Source: Cycas panzhihuaensis (Eukaryota > Plantae > Cycadophyta). From it: a stretch of DNA of 64,000 nucleotides. Numbering within the stretch: position 1 is the first letter of the stretch; every line of letters begins with the position of its first letter. Positions 1 through 12,015 of the stretch are shown here, piece after piece. Below the pieces are notes generated by a model, which worked only from the letters and a program-made list of their open reading frames with translations, was not told where the DNA came from and did not search any database. The position numbers were made by a program, and so were the translations under genes. The stretch covers positions 131,447,741 through 131,511,740 of the forward strand of contig CM041465.1 of NCBI GenBank assembly GCA_023213395.1. Reading direction: 5' to 3'.

Positions 1-846
1 TTTTCGTTATGCTTTAGTGCTTAACTACGTTTTTCTAGCTTAGTTGATTTTATTGCCATATATACATATATCTTGTTGTGCTTCGTAGCCTCTCTCCCGA
101 GAGGAAGGCGTTTGTTGGGATTATTTGCGAGGATTGCGTTGGAGGAAGCATTGCGAGATCGTGATTCTTGGGTCGGCCCCATATGGTATTTCTTCTCCCT
201 TTTTGGTTGAGCTTTGCTTCGTTCCCTTCATTTCATTTAGTCCTTGCATGCTTTTGGGAGGTAAGTGCACCCCTTCGTTGTTGTTTCGATCGACGTTGCA
301 TGCGCGGGAGGAGGAAAGGAGCGCAACCAAGGAGGGAAATCCGCGCTTCCGTTCGAACGCCGAATCCAGGTATTCTTCGCATGCCTTTCATATTTTCTTT
401 ATGCTTTTATGTTTCTTTGCATTTACTGTTATAGATAAAGGAACATAAAGGAAAGAAGAAAACAACCTTTTATTGTGTATTCGCTTGCTCGTACTATTTC
501 TTTACATTGCATGACATAGTAGTGTAGGTCCCATTTACCTATACCCCTTATCCACACTTACCCCTTACTCCGTGACACGTTTGGTTGATTGCCCCCCTCG
601 TCGCCTTCTCCTTGCCTTGAGAAGCCGCGACGTGCGAGGTTCTTTTCCCTTTCCCGGCCATCTGAAGGGTAGGAAGGCCTCGTCTTGCACGGCTACCTGG
701 AAGCAACCAGGCACCTTGCGATCCGTGCCGCGCTCCGGCGCACGGACGTCCTGCGAGGTATGATCCTCGCTAGTTAGCCTGCTTAGCATATTGTTTTATG
801 CCCTTCCCGCTAGGCGTTGGATCATTGCCCCGCGGAGAGCGTTTCA
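1..846 (+). mobile_element. 3' end of a young LTR (3' LTR or solo LTR) of a Tat/Ogre-related family, inserted into LINE-a
   Basis: CpG-rich, unlike its neighbours. Ends GAGAGCGTTTCA, compared with GCGATTCCA at the element B LTR end. Shares the motif GCACGGA(C/T)G(T/C)CCT with the U5 end of the B LTR. LINE ORF2 homology (DKNLWDPIM) starts at 847 and no PBS follows. Confidence 0.6.
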
Positions 847-2880
847 GATAAGAACCTGTGGGACCCCATTATGGGGAGGTTTAGTAGGAAGCTAGTAGGT
901 TGGAAAGGGGCACTTCTTAGTTGGGCCAGGAAAATCCAACTGGTAGTGGCCTCTCTTCAGAGTATTCTAGTCTACCAAATGTCCTTATTCAAGATGCCAT
1001 GCAAGGTTATTTCAACTCTTGAAGGCCTTATGAAGAGATTTCTATGGTCCGGGGCAGAAGAAAAAAATAGAGTTCATCTGGTGTCATGGGAAAAGGTATG
1101 TAAGCCCAAGTGGGCGAGAGGGCTTAATGTTAGGAGACTGGGGCTCTTCAATAAAGCTCTCCTAGCCAAAATAGGATGGAGATTAACTAAAGAAGAAGAC
1201 TCGCTGTGGGGAAAAATAATAGCCAGAAAATATTTAGAGGATAAGCATTTCCTAAAGGATGAGGTGAGTGGGATCTCCGGTTCTTCCATTTAGAAAGCTA
1301 TTTGTTCCTCGTAGCCTATCTTGTGCAATGGAATACGATGGAAACTAAGGAACGTTGAGGGTATAAGATTCTGGGAAGACAAATGGTGTGATGCATCTAG
1401 GATGCGTGAGATCCCAGATATTGGTAATTTGCAGAGGGTCTATGAGGAGGCTTACGACACACTAGTTAAGCACTATTGGGTGGGAATAGGGAAGAATAGA
1501 CAATGGAGAACGTTCGATGATCTGCAAGGCTACAAGGAGGAAATTTAGATAGTAAAAGGGATACTAAAACACTAGTATATCCCTAAGAGGGCCCCTTTGG
1601 ATACCTTGGTCTGGTCATTATCACCCTCAGGATCCTACAAAGTTAAAGACGGTTATAATTCGTTGATGACGATAGAAGAATGGACGAAGAATGACATGTT
1701 GGAAGGGGTTTGGAAACTGGGGATGATCCCAAAGGTAGCTACTTTCTAGTGGCTATGTCTGCAAAAGAAGATTCTAACAACATATAACCTTTTAAAATGA
1801 GGTTTCTACCTAGCAAATAGGTGCGAGTTATGTAGGGAGGAGGCTGAGTCCTTGGACCACCTTAGTATCCATTGCTCTACTCTAGGGGGATATGGAGAGG
1901 CTTCTGGTCAAAACTGGGCATATAATAGGTTTCCCATAAGTCTCTGTAGGACCAATGGTTAACATGGGTATCTCCATTTAAGAGTAAAACACTGGGAAGG
2001 TTGTGGAAGCTAATTCTCCTGGTAAGTATTTGGTATATCTGGAAGGAGCGTAACAGGAGAAATTTCCAAGGTAAAGAGATGGACAATCAGAAATTATTTG
2101 CTGAGATCAGGAAGGGCATTGTAGAGATGTTAAAACCCCCAAAGGAGGATAGGATTCCAAGGGAGGAAGATAACATTCTAGAGGATTGGGAAATTGGCCG
2201 ATCAAAGGGAGGGATCAAGAAGAGGAGGGTAACTATATGGACTCCTCCCGAAGTAACTTGGATTAAAATTAATTTTGATGGAGCTACTAAAGGCAACCCT
2301 AGAGAGGCGGGGGCAGGGGGGGGGTGGTCTATGTAGGAATCGTGAAGGGATAGTGAGATGTGCATTTGCAGAATACCTAGGTACTCAATCGAATCACAGA
2401 GCAGAGGTAAGGGCTATGCAAAAGGTGGTAGACATGCTGGACGAGGCAGAGGATCAGAAAGTGGTTATAGAAGGTGATTCCTTGAATGTAATCAAGAGCT
2501 TAAGGGGGGAGGTAGAATTAGAATGGTGCACTATAGAGCTTATCAGGACATCCTGAGCTCCAAACTGAGTGTTCAGATTCAACACACGTACAGGGAAGGA
2601 AATATGGCACCGGACTGGTTGGCAAATTGGGCAGTGTCAAATAAAAGAAACAGGGTATGTAAAGAGAACTTCCTGGAAGAGCTTTTGAGTCTGGTTAGGA
2701 TAGACTTTACTTGACATAGTGAGGGGACAGACAAGAGAGGGTGAGAGGAGTTAATCTAGTTTGGGCTAGGCCATGGGCATGTCATGGCCATCTCTCTTAG
2801 GCCGGACGGCTATTGATGTATAAGGTTTAGGGACCTGTTTAAAACCCCTTCTTATATTATTTTCACCTTATCAAAAAAAA
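847..2880 (+). mobile_element. LINE-a: 3' part of an L1-clade plant LINE (RT C-terminus, zf-RVT, RNase H), degenerate, with poly(A)
   Basis: Motifs WKGALLS, HLVSWEKVCKPK..GLNVR, FWEDKW, CELC..EAESLDHLSIHC, IWKERNRRNF, WIKINFDGATKGNP, IEGDSLNVI, HTYREGN..DWLAN. A-tail at 2873-2880. Confidence 0.93.
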
Positions 2881-3560
2881 GAAAATTATGTATTTGGGCA
2901 TAAATATTAAATAGGAAAAATTCCAATTAAAATTTCATATAGTGAAGAAATTTGTAGCTTTTTTGGATGATTTAAAAGATAAGAAGTAGATATAGAGATT
3001 TAGTGGCTATTTGAACTATATGAGAAAACACACTCCATAATGGAGCAAAAAAATAGTAGCAATAAGAAAACATCTTACAAATAAAAATTGGTCCTCTAAA
3101 GCAATCAAAGCAGTTAAAAGCCTAAAGAAGGAATCTTAAACTCTACTAGAATTGTAGCTGCCAGGGTCAGGGAAACTCATCCTGTAAATTGATGTTTTTG
3201 ATGAGTATTGGGCAATGGTATTACTATAATAAGTAAATAAGTCTTTAGAACTTTATGGATATAAATTTGGAGAAATTTTAACATCTGAAAAGAATTATCA
3301 TATTGGTGAAAAAGTAGTTCTAGTAGTAAAAAGAGGAATTGAAATATTTGAATTATTCTTAACCTTCACAAAATTTATTATTCAAATTAGTAATGAAAAT
3401 TTCAAAGCATTCTTAAACACCAACATTAATAGAAGGAAGGCAAGAGAAAGACTCTTAAATTGACAACTTTGGTTTGTTAGCTTTGACTTTTACATAGAAT
3501 GAATTAAGGGTGATAGTAACTCTCTGACAAATACTTTAATCGAAGAAATATGCTTAAAGA
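2881..3560 (+). pseudogene. Endogenous caulimovirid (plant pararetrovirus) RT C-terminus plus RNase H, degenerate
   Basis: Manual translation: IMYLGINI..HIVKKFVAFLDDLKDKK*I*RFSGYLNYMR; LPGSGKLIL*IDVFDEYW (cf. LIL.TDASD.YW); YGYKFGE..SEKNYH.GEK.VL.VKRGI..FELFL; RLLN*QLWFVSFDFYIE*IKGDSNSL. These match Caulimoviridae RT/RH signatures. Confidence 0.85.
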
Positions 3561-3626
3561 TAACTTGGTTACCCGAAGTCAATAAATTAATGGTAATATT
3601 CATAAAGTTATAAAAATAGAGATCTC

Positions 3627-6600
3627 TTTTTTTTTTTAAAGGTAAAAAATAGATATCATTGAATTATAAGCTTAATTACAATACAAAGAGATGGGAAAAC
3701 TTATAATCTAAATGGACATACTAACCCATTCTTTTATATGAAGAGCACTCAAAATAGCAAAATCAGATTGTAATTTTTTCTTTAACTTTTTTTAAAGAGG
3801 GATAAAGCAAAGATTGTGAGACAGCCATAATAGAATATTCTTTCTTATATGTCTAAGAGTTTGATTAAAGGATGAGACTACTTTTTGGAAATAAGTTGTA
3901 GTATACATTTTCTAAATTTCATGCAAGGTAGTCTTAAGAAGTAGAAAGCAAAGGTCTATCAAGTGTCAATGAGTCATAAACCAAACATAAGCCATAGCCC
4001 AATTCCTTTTGATTAAGTAAGGATGGAGAAGTAAGTTACCATTATAAATTTCAGTGAAATCTTAGAACAAACTGAAAATCTAAAAGACTGTATACCAAAT
4101 ATCTTGGATAGTAGGACAATGCCACCAGATGTGATCGAAACTATCCTCATAGGCACCACATATTATGTAAAATAATTAGCAGTTTACATTCCATTGATCC
4201 TAAGTGTCCTAAAAAATAAAGGACTTATGCAAAATCCTCTAGTGAAGCATGTTATGTTTGGGTTGATCTTGTTTCCACCAAATCCATCCCCATTCAACTG
4301 AGAGCTGAGTATGATGAAATTGTTGACTATGTACCAAGTAATAAAATTTGGTGGATTTAAACATATAACCCCTAGAGAGAAATCTTATACCTTCCTCCTT
4401 CTCTAACTTCTAAGAGACAATAAGAGGATCAACTTACCTTATGAAAAAATTAAGCTTTTATGCCATCTATAAAAGGGAAGCTTTAGGTTTAGGATTAAGC
4501 TCTATCAAGAGGCCATTAAAATTCTTCTAAATGAGCTAATCAAAATCATAAAATTAGCCATACTTAACCAAGTAAATCCATTAAGGATTCAGGGGCAAAA
4601 GAAAACATAGGTGCTACCCTGGGATCTAAGGTAGATGCATCTCTTCAAGGTGAGAAAGTGAAGGATGGACATGAGGAGAGTCCCATGCTAAAGGAAGTTG
4701 AGGAGAAGGAGTGACCCAGGGGTCAGGAGGAATGGTAGCAAGGTCTAGTAACTATGGTAGAGGAGCACCTTATTGGAGAGAGGAGGGATGAGGAGGCCTT
4801 GTCTGGCGTAGTTGAGACTCCTCAGGCTGAGTAGATAAAGGAGATTAATTGGGATGAGGAGGATTATCTCTCAAAGGAAGGTGAGGAGAAGGTGCAACCC
4901 TCAGGTTAAGGGGAAACGCAGCAAGGGCTCTTAGCTAGGGGAGAAGAGAACCAACTTGAAATGGATGGTAGGGATGAGGAGGCTCCATTTGAGAGAGGGG
5001 AGCTAGGAAAGCCATCCAGTGGGGTTCACAAGTGGATAATGAAAGATAAAGGTGTTTAGGAGGAATTGTCAAGCCTAAGGAGAGCCCCTGACCTTGGCAG
5101 TGATAAAAGGGTTGGTAGACCATCCAAGAAAGTGATTTGAGATAGGGAAACAACATCCCAAATTGATTAAGGGTATCAAAGTACCCTAAAGGAAGGGGTG
5201 ATTGAAGGCCCATTTCTTAAGAGCCAAAGATGACCCTTTAGGGATGGAGTGGGGGGCTTGGCCATGAGGGTCTTATTTTGGAACATTAGGCGCTTGAATG
5301 CCCCATCTAAGTAGAGAATTATTAAGGATTTGAGAATCAGAATGGGAGGGAATATTATGTTATTGCAAGAAATAAAACTTGAGAAGGATAAAGAGTTAGA
5401 GGTGAAAAATAAGATTTAGAGGAAGGGTGAAATGTTGGCCAAAGAGGGATCTCTTGGCTCGGGTGGTATGGCTATCCTTTGGGACCCAAGAATCTTGTAG
5501 GGATTAGATGTAGTCTAGGAAGATCACTTCATCACCATATGCTTTACCTTTAGAAGGAAAAACATCCAATAGTGGGCCACTAATATTTATGCTCCTACGT
5601 CATTGGAAGTAAGAAAGAGCCTGTAGGATAGGATTATGGATGTCCATAAAGACTAGAAGGGCCCCTAGTTAGTGGTGGGGGATTTAAACTTGACTCTTTA
5701 TCTAGGTGAAAAGAAAGAGGGTCAAGAGGGATGGTCCAGGAGTATGTCAGACTTAGGGGACTTCTTATAGAGAGGAGGGCTATTAGATATCTTGCTCAGA
5801 GGGGCCAGATATACTTGGTCAAATAGGAGATTAGGGAATAATCACATCTAGATAAAGTTAGACAGGATGTTGACCAACTATGAATGGATGAGTCTCCATG
5901 AGGACATCAAGTTAGAGGTGCTCCTGAAGTTGGCCTCTAATCATTCTCCTCTAATGCTAGAGTTTAATATTCTAGGTATTCACCATGGGACTCCCTTTTG
6001 GTTTGAACTTATGTGGCTGAGACACCCTAATTTTAGGGATTGGGTTAAGGAATGGTGGAGTATCCCTGTGGTGGGACATGCCATGTTTAGATTCTCTAAA
6101 AAGTTGAATTGGGTTAAGAGACAAATTAAAGTCTAGAATAAAGAAGTCTTTGATAACATTTTTGAGGCCAAAGGCAAACTTCTAAAAGAACTCAATATGG
6201 TAGAGGGGAGGATCTAGGAAGAAGGTAGGACCACCTCTCTAGATCAGATGGAATGTTTGACTATAAAAAACTTGGAAGATGTGTTGGCTAAGGAGGAAAT
6301 ACATTGGAAATAGAAATCTAAAGTGCTCTAACTCTCAGAGTGATACATAAATACTAAGATTTTTCATATGTCCATGCTGAAATGTAGGCCTTGTAACAGA
6401 ATAAATATGCTGTGTAGCAGGGATGGAGCCAATCATGAGACATAAAAATAAATCAAAGGTATAACAATGGATTATTTCAAGAATTTATTTGAAGAACCTG
6501 GATGCCAGGATCCAGATCTAAGAGAGGATCTCTTGAGATTTATCCCAAAGCTGATCAATGAAGGCCAAAATAGAAGGTTGATAGATCTCTTTACTCTAGA

Positions 6601-9600
6601 GGAAATGGAGAAAGCAATCTTCAATATGGATCGTGAAAAAGCTCCTGGGCCAAGTGGTTTTCCCCTGGGTTTTTTCTAAGAATTCTAGGACATAATCAAG
6701 GAGGATTTAAAATTGGCCTTGGATGAATTCTTTAAGAAAACAATCCTAATGGAGTGGCGGGCTACTTTTCTAGTGCTGATTCCTAAGAAGGAAAGAGCAA
6801 AATTCATGGAAGACTTTAGATCAATAAGTCAATGCAATATAAAAAATAAAATCTTGGCAAATGGACTCAAGGAATGCTTGCCACTTATCATATCCCCAAA
6901 TCATGATGAATTCATGAAAGGCAAACAAATCATGGATGGCATAATAGTGGTCCATGAGATGGTTCATTTAGTCTACCATAGGAAAGAAGTTGGTATGATT
7001 GTGAAAATTGACATATCCAAAGCTTATGACTAGGTGGCCTAGGATTGCTCAATTGAATGTCTCCAGGACCTTAGTTTTGATGAGGAATGGAGGGACTGGA
7101 TGAGATGTTGCATCTCCAATCCTTCATTGTCTATGTTGATAAATGGTACTTCGACCCCTTTCTTCCCTGGTTTCAGAGGATTTACGTAAGGGGATCCTTA
7201 ATCCCCCTACCTGTTTATCATTATGGTAGAAATATTAGGGAGGGGTGTTGAGGAGGATAGAAGGAAAGGTTGGGTGTTTGGGCTAAATCCCTCATCCAGC
7301 ATGGAAAATATTACTCATCATTAGTTTGTTGATGATAATATCTTTTTAGGTAATGCAACTTTAAGGGAAGCTAGAGCATTTAAGATGGGGCTCCAAGCTT
7401 ATGAGAGGGCTATAAACCAAAGAATTAACTTGGAGAAGAGTTCTATCTTTTTTATTAACACCCCTAAGAGACTTCAGAGGAGGATCAATAGGGAGATGGA
7501 GATTCCCATTAGACTTCTTCTAACCACTTATCTAGGGATGCCCCTTTTTATGGGAAATATGAGCAAGGATCTTTGGAATCTTATTGTGGATAGGATCCAA
7601 AGGAAGCTAGCTAGATGGAAAGGCTCCCTGCTCAGTCTTGAGGGTAAAATTTAACTGGTAGCAGCCTCTTTGTAGAGAATTCTAATTTGTATAATGTCAA
7701 TCTTCAAGATCCCAAGTAAGGTCATTTCAATCCTAGAAGGCATCTAGAAAAGATTCCTCTAGTCTAGAACAGAGGACAAGGATAGAATCCATATGGTATC
7801 TTGGGATAAGGTTTGTAGGCCCAAGTGGGTAGAGGGGCTCAATATAAGAAGACTAAGGCCCTTTTGTAGGGCTTTGATGGCTAAATTGGGATGGAGACTG
7901 GCGAATGATGATGGCACCCAATGGGGAAATACCATTGACAAAAGGTACCTGGGGGGTAGGCACTTGAAAGACGAGGTGTGGGGTGTTTTTGGATCCTCTA
8001 TTTGGAAAGGTCTAGTATATTCGAGGCCTATTTTAATTAATGGTATAAGATGGAAGCTGGGGAATAGGAAAGCTATCAGGTTTGGGGAGGACAAATGGTG
8101 TAGAAACTTTAAATTGAAAGATAGACCTATCATCAGTAACCTACAAGGTGTTTGTGAGGAAACTTTTGGTCTACTGGTCAAGGATTACTGGGAGGGACAG
8201 GGCAAAGATAGGAATTGGAGATCTTTGAGGAATTACAAGGGACTTAGGGGGGGAGGTAAATATTCAAATCCTCAAGAGTGAGTTGAATCATCAGTATATC
8301 CCCAAAAGACCTATGGCTGATATATTGATTTGGTTATATTGCCCCTCTAGGTCATCCATGGAGGAGGGATACCAATCTTTCTGTATGGAGGAGGGGGTTG
8401 GTAAGAACACATCACTGGCTGGGGGCTAGAAGTTGGGGCTCATCCCAAAGGTGGAAGTATTATAGTGGCTTTGTTTACAGAGTAAGATATTGATAACTAA
8501 CAATATTTATAGACGTGGTTTTACCATGCTGAATAGATGTGTGATGTGCAAGAAGGATGGGGAGTCTTTGGACCATATTAGCATTCATTGCCCCTTCTCC
8601 AGGGGAATTTGGGCCTGTATATGGACTAATATGGGGTTAGATTGGGTGTCTCCTAGGACCCTGCTAGAGTAGTAGAAATCTCCTTTCAGGAGTAAGACAC
8701 TGAGAATGCTTTGGAAATTAATCATGCCTATAGGGGTCTAGAATATTTGGAAGGAGCGTAATAGATGAATCTTCCAAGGGAAAGATCTAGATGAGCATAG
8801 GCTTTATGAGATTCGAGTGGCGACAATAAAAATGCTTAAACCTTCAGATGAGGAAAGGGTCATAAGGGCAGAGGGGAGCATCATGGAGGGTTGGGGGATT
8901 AGGTGCCCAAAAGTTATTAGGGTGAAAAGGAGGAAGTATTCCTGGAGGCCACTTAGTGAGAACTAGGTGAAAATAAATTTTGAAGGGCATCTAAAGGCAA
9001 CCCTGGTGAGGTTGGTAGGGGAGGATTATGTAAATACCATGATGGGACGGTAAGGTGGGCCTTTACAAAATACTATGGTTAACAAACAAACCACTCAACT
9101 GAACTTAAGGCTATGCAAAAAGCTGTAGCAATGATGGATAAGGATGACCATAATAAGGTGATAATAGAAGGGAATTCCCTAAATGTGATTAGGATCCTCA
9201 AGGGAGAGGCAGACGCTAATTGATATAATGTGGATATGGTGAGGGACACTCAAGATGTTCTAAGTTCCAAGCAGAGTACCTAAACTTAGCACATGTATAG
9301 GGAAAGAAATGCTGCAGTAGATTGGCTTACCAATTGGGCAGTCTGAAATAAGAGAAAGTGGGTTTGAAAAGAAAACTTATTGGAGGAGCTCCCGAGTCTA
9401 GTTATATTAGATGTGTTAGCTCAGAATGGGGAAAGTTAATATTTTTTAAGGTTTAGTGTGGGTCTAGTTATGCTAGGCCATGGGCATGTCATGGCCATTC
9501 TGTTCCATAGCCGAAAGGCAACTGTTGTAAAACGTTTGGGGACCTATTAAAACCCCTTCTATTTTTTACCATAAAAAAAAAAAAAAAACCAATTATAGGA

Positions 9601-10955
9601 ACTAAAAAATTAAGCTAAAGGAGAAAAATCCTCTTGACTGCTTAAGGGAGGGAACCCTAGAGGAAGCTACTTATTATTCTAAAAATTGACTTGATAACTA
9701 GTTGAACTAGGAGAAAAAAGAGTATTATAGTGTAAGTTATCCTAGGCTACCACCATATGATTCCAAATAGAGGATCCTTTATTGAGGTAGTTAGCAATAG
9801 CTAACTACTATTTAATAAAGTACATAAAATAATACTTCCTCCTAATAATATAAGCCTATTTTCTATTTTCCTTATTCCAGAGGTCTTACATATGCTTAAC
9901 TCCTTTTACCTTTACTAAAAGTAAAGGGGTCTTTGATACTAAGGGCACCTCAACCTTAATGATCTGACACTATACTCTATTTCACAGGGTGAAAGGTCTT
10001 CAAATCAATAGACTATGGTTTCTAAAGAAATCTTATAAGGAGACTTCAGATTGCTAATAATATAACTTTTGGAGATTAAAGAATGGACATTAGATAATTT
10101 AGTAGTTAGGAAAGAGTTGATTCTATTAACCTTTGATGACCACCTAAATTAAGGGACCTAGTAGGCCAAGCATCTAACTTCTTTTTAATATTCAGAATAT
10201 AAAGTTATTAGTCATAAATTTTTAATCTTGAGAGACCCATATAAATACCTAGATATTTGAAAAGAGTAGATCTTGGAGCAAGAGGAATGCTAAGAGCCAA
10301 TACCAAAGTGAATTGCATCTCTATTTCTACTTCATTGAAAATAATGCTAGATTTACTATGATTAATTGTCATCTCTATTACAAGACCAAAAACCTGAAGC
10401 ACTTGGCTCTAGGCATCAATTTCTATTTACAAAGGATGGCCTAGTAAAATGGTATCATCTACAAAAATCTAGTGCATTGTGATCTCATATCCATCATAGA
10501 GATTCCTTGGAGGAGATCTATTAACTAGAGTCATAAAAGAAGAGAAGAGAGGGCTTCCATAGAAATTACAAAAAAGATAAGGTAATAAGGGACAGCCTTG
10601 ACAAATTCCTCTACTCACGTAAATGAGGCCATTAATTGAGTTATTAATTTTTATAGCATTCAAACTGAAGAGATCATGGCCTTGATCCAATTAAAATGAT
10701 CTGATTGAAGGCCCTTTCGAGCAAGAATAATAAGAAGGAAATCCCATTCCATAGTATCATAAGCTTTATTAATGTCTATTTTGAGTATAACAACTTATTA
10801 CTTCTTTGTGTGTATAATATGGAGAGCATTAATGATCACAGTTATGTTGTCTGCTATACGATGACCTCTTATAAAGGTTGTTTGATTTTCATTGATAACT
10901 TGGGGAAGGAACTCTTTCAACTAATTTTCTAGAACTTTGGCTAAAAATTTTAAAG
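3627..10955 (-). mobile_element. LINE-c: 5'-truncated L1-like LINE without RNase H, split by LINE-b (parts ~3627-4587 and ~9589-10955)
   Basis: Minus strand: RGICQGCPLLPYLF, FKYLG, GALSIKDP, GSSIWN, F*NNK*LP. It resumes below 4587 with the zf-RVT ICGAYEDSFDHIWWHCPTIQDIW and HEI*K..YFQ. Poly(A) appears as the T-run 3627-3637, preceded on the minus strand by TTTTTACCTTT as in the other LINE tails. Confidence 0.75.
4588..9588 (+). mobile_element. LINE-b: L1-clade LINE with ORF1 3' part and complete degenerate ORF2 (APE-RT-zf-RVT-RNase H), poly(A)
   Basis: ORF2 starts at 5264 (MRVLFWNIR.LN). Motifs LQEIK, NIYAP, GDLN, YTWSN, KLDRML, SNHSP, KAPGPSG, KIDISKAYD, GDP.SPYLF, FVDD, YLGMP, CVMC..DGESLDHISIHC and an RNase H. 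A-tail at 9573-9588. Degenerate TSD AAATCCATTAAGGA / AAACCAATTATAGGA. Confidence 0.93.
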
Positions 10956-12015
10956 CTCAAAGATCCTTTCTATTAGACATAATGGGAAGCTACTTTGAAA
11001 AAGTTAATCCACCAATTTCTTTATATATAAATAAATAAAGATTGATTATATTATATATTAATCATTACAACTGGAATCATGAATATAACACTCTTGTATA
11101 TATGATCTTATACTTAGATAGTTATGACACTCTAGTTTTCAATCTCTCATATAATATGTATATTGTATCGAATCATTGTCAAGTCTAGTTTAATTAGGTA
11201 ATGGATCTAAATGTAAATATTAAAAATTATTTTGGTTTAGAATTAGATATTAGAAATGTAGGTGAAAACTCTCAAATGTTAATAGAAGAACAACTTCATG
11301 ATATCAATAAGTTTGATGCCTAAGAAGAAGAAGAACTAAAATAGTTTATGAGAGCACAACAAGAAAAGTCTTGAACGAGAAAGATAGAAGTAAAGAACAA
11401 TCTAGTGATGTTTCAAACATGGTGAAGATTCTTAATAATAAAGAAAAGAAGGAAGATTAATAAACATAGATTTATATACAATAAACATCTTCTGCCATCT
11501 CATGAATAAGTACTTGATGAAGAAGGTAATTATATTTTATACCATGACCTAACCCTACCACTAGATTCCCAAAATGATCCACCTTTAAGCATCAACTCAG
11601 AACCTAAACCTATATCATCGTGAAGCAATAACTCTAATATAAGTAACAGTTCGATGAGACCTTCTACAACTTGTGGTTCATATTCTTCTCCCTCTTTTAG
11701 GTGATTAAAATTATAAAAATATAAAAGTGAGTAGATATTGGATCTTTCTTATCTTTTAGATTTTTGAAAATCTAAGACCTTTATTTTTAATCTTGTATTT
11801 TCTTAGTGATTTCTTTTAAGTCACTCATAAAGTGGTTTCATATCAACATCACTTTATGTTACATTTATAAGAGGGTTAATTTTGAAAAAGTAAATTCTCA
11901 CTTATTCTTATCTCTTATTAAATATAAGATATTAATAAGATCTGAAAAATATAATTTATTATAAAGTAGATAGATACTTCTTGAATCAACATCTTCTACA
12001 ACTTTTGAGAAAGCC

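Noticed and set aside
2767-2860. Self-cleaving ribozyme in the LINE 3' UTR
   Set aside because: There is no hammerhead CUGANGA/GAAA core or convincing HDV-like fold.
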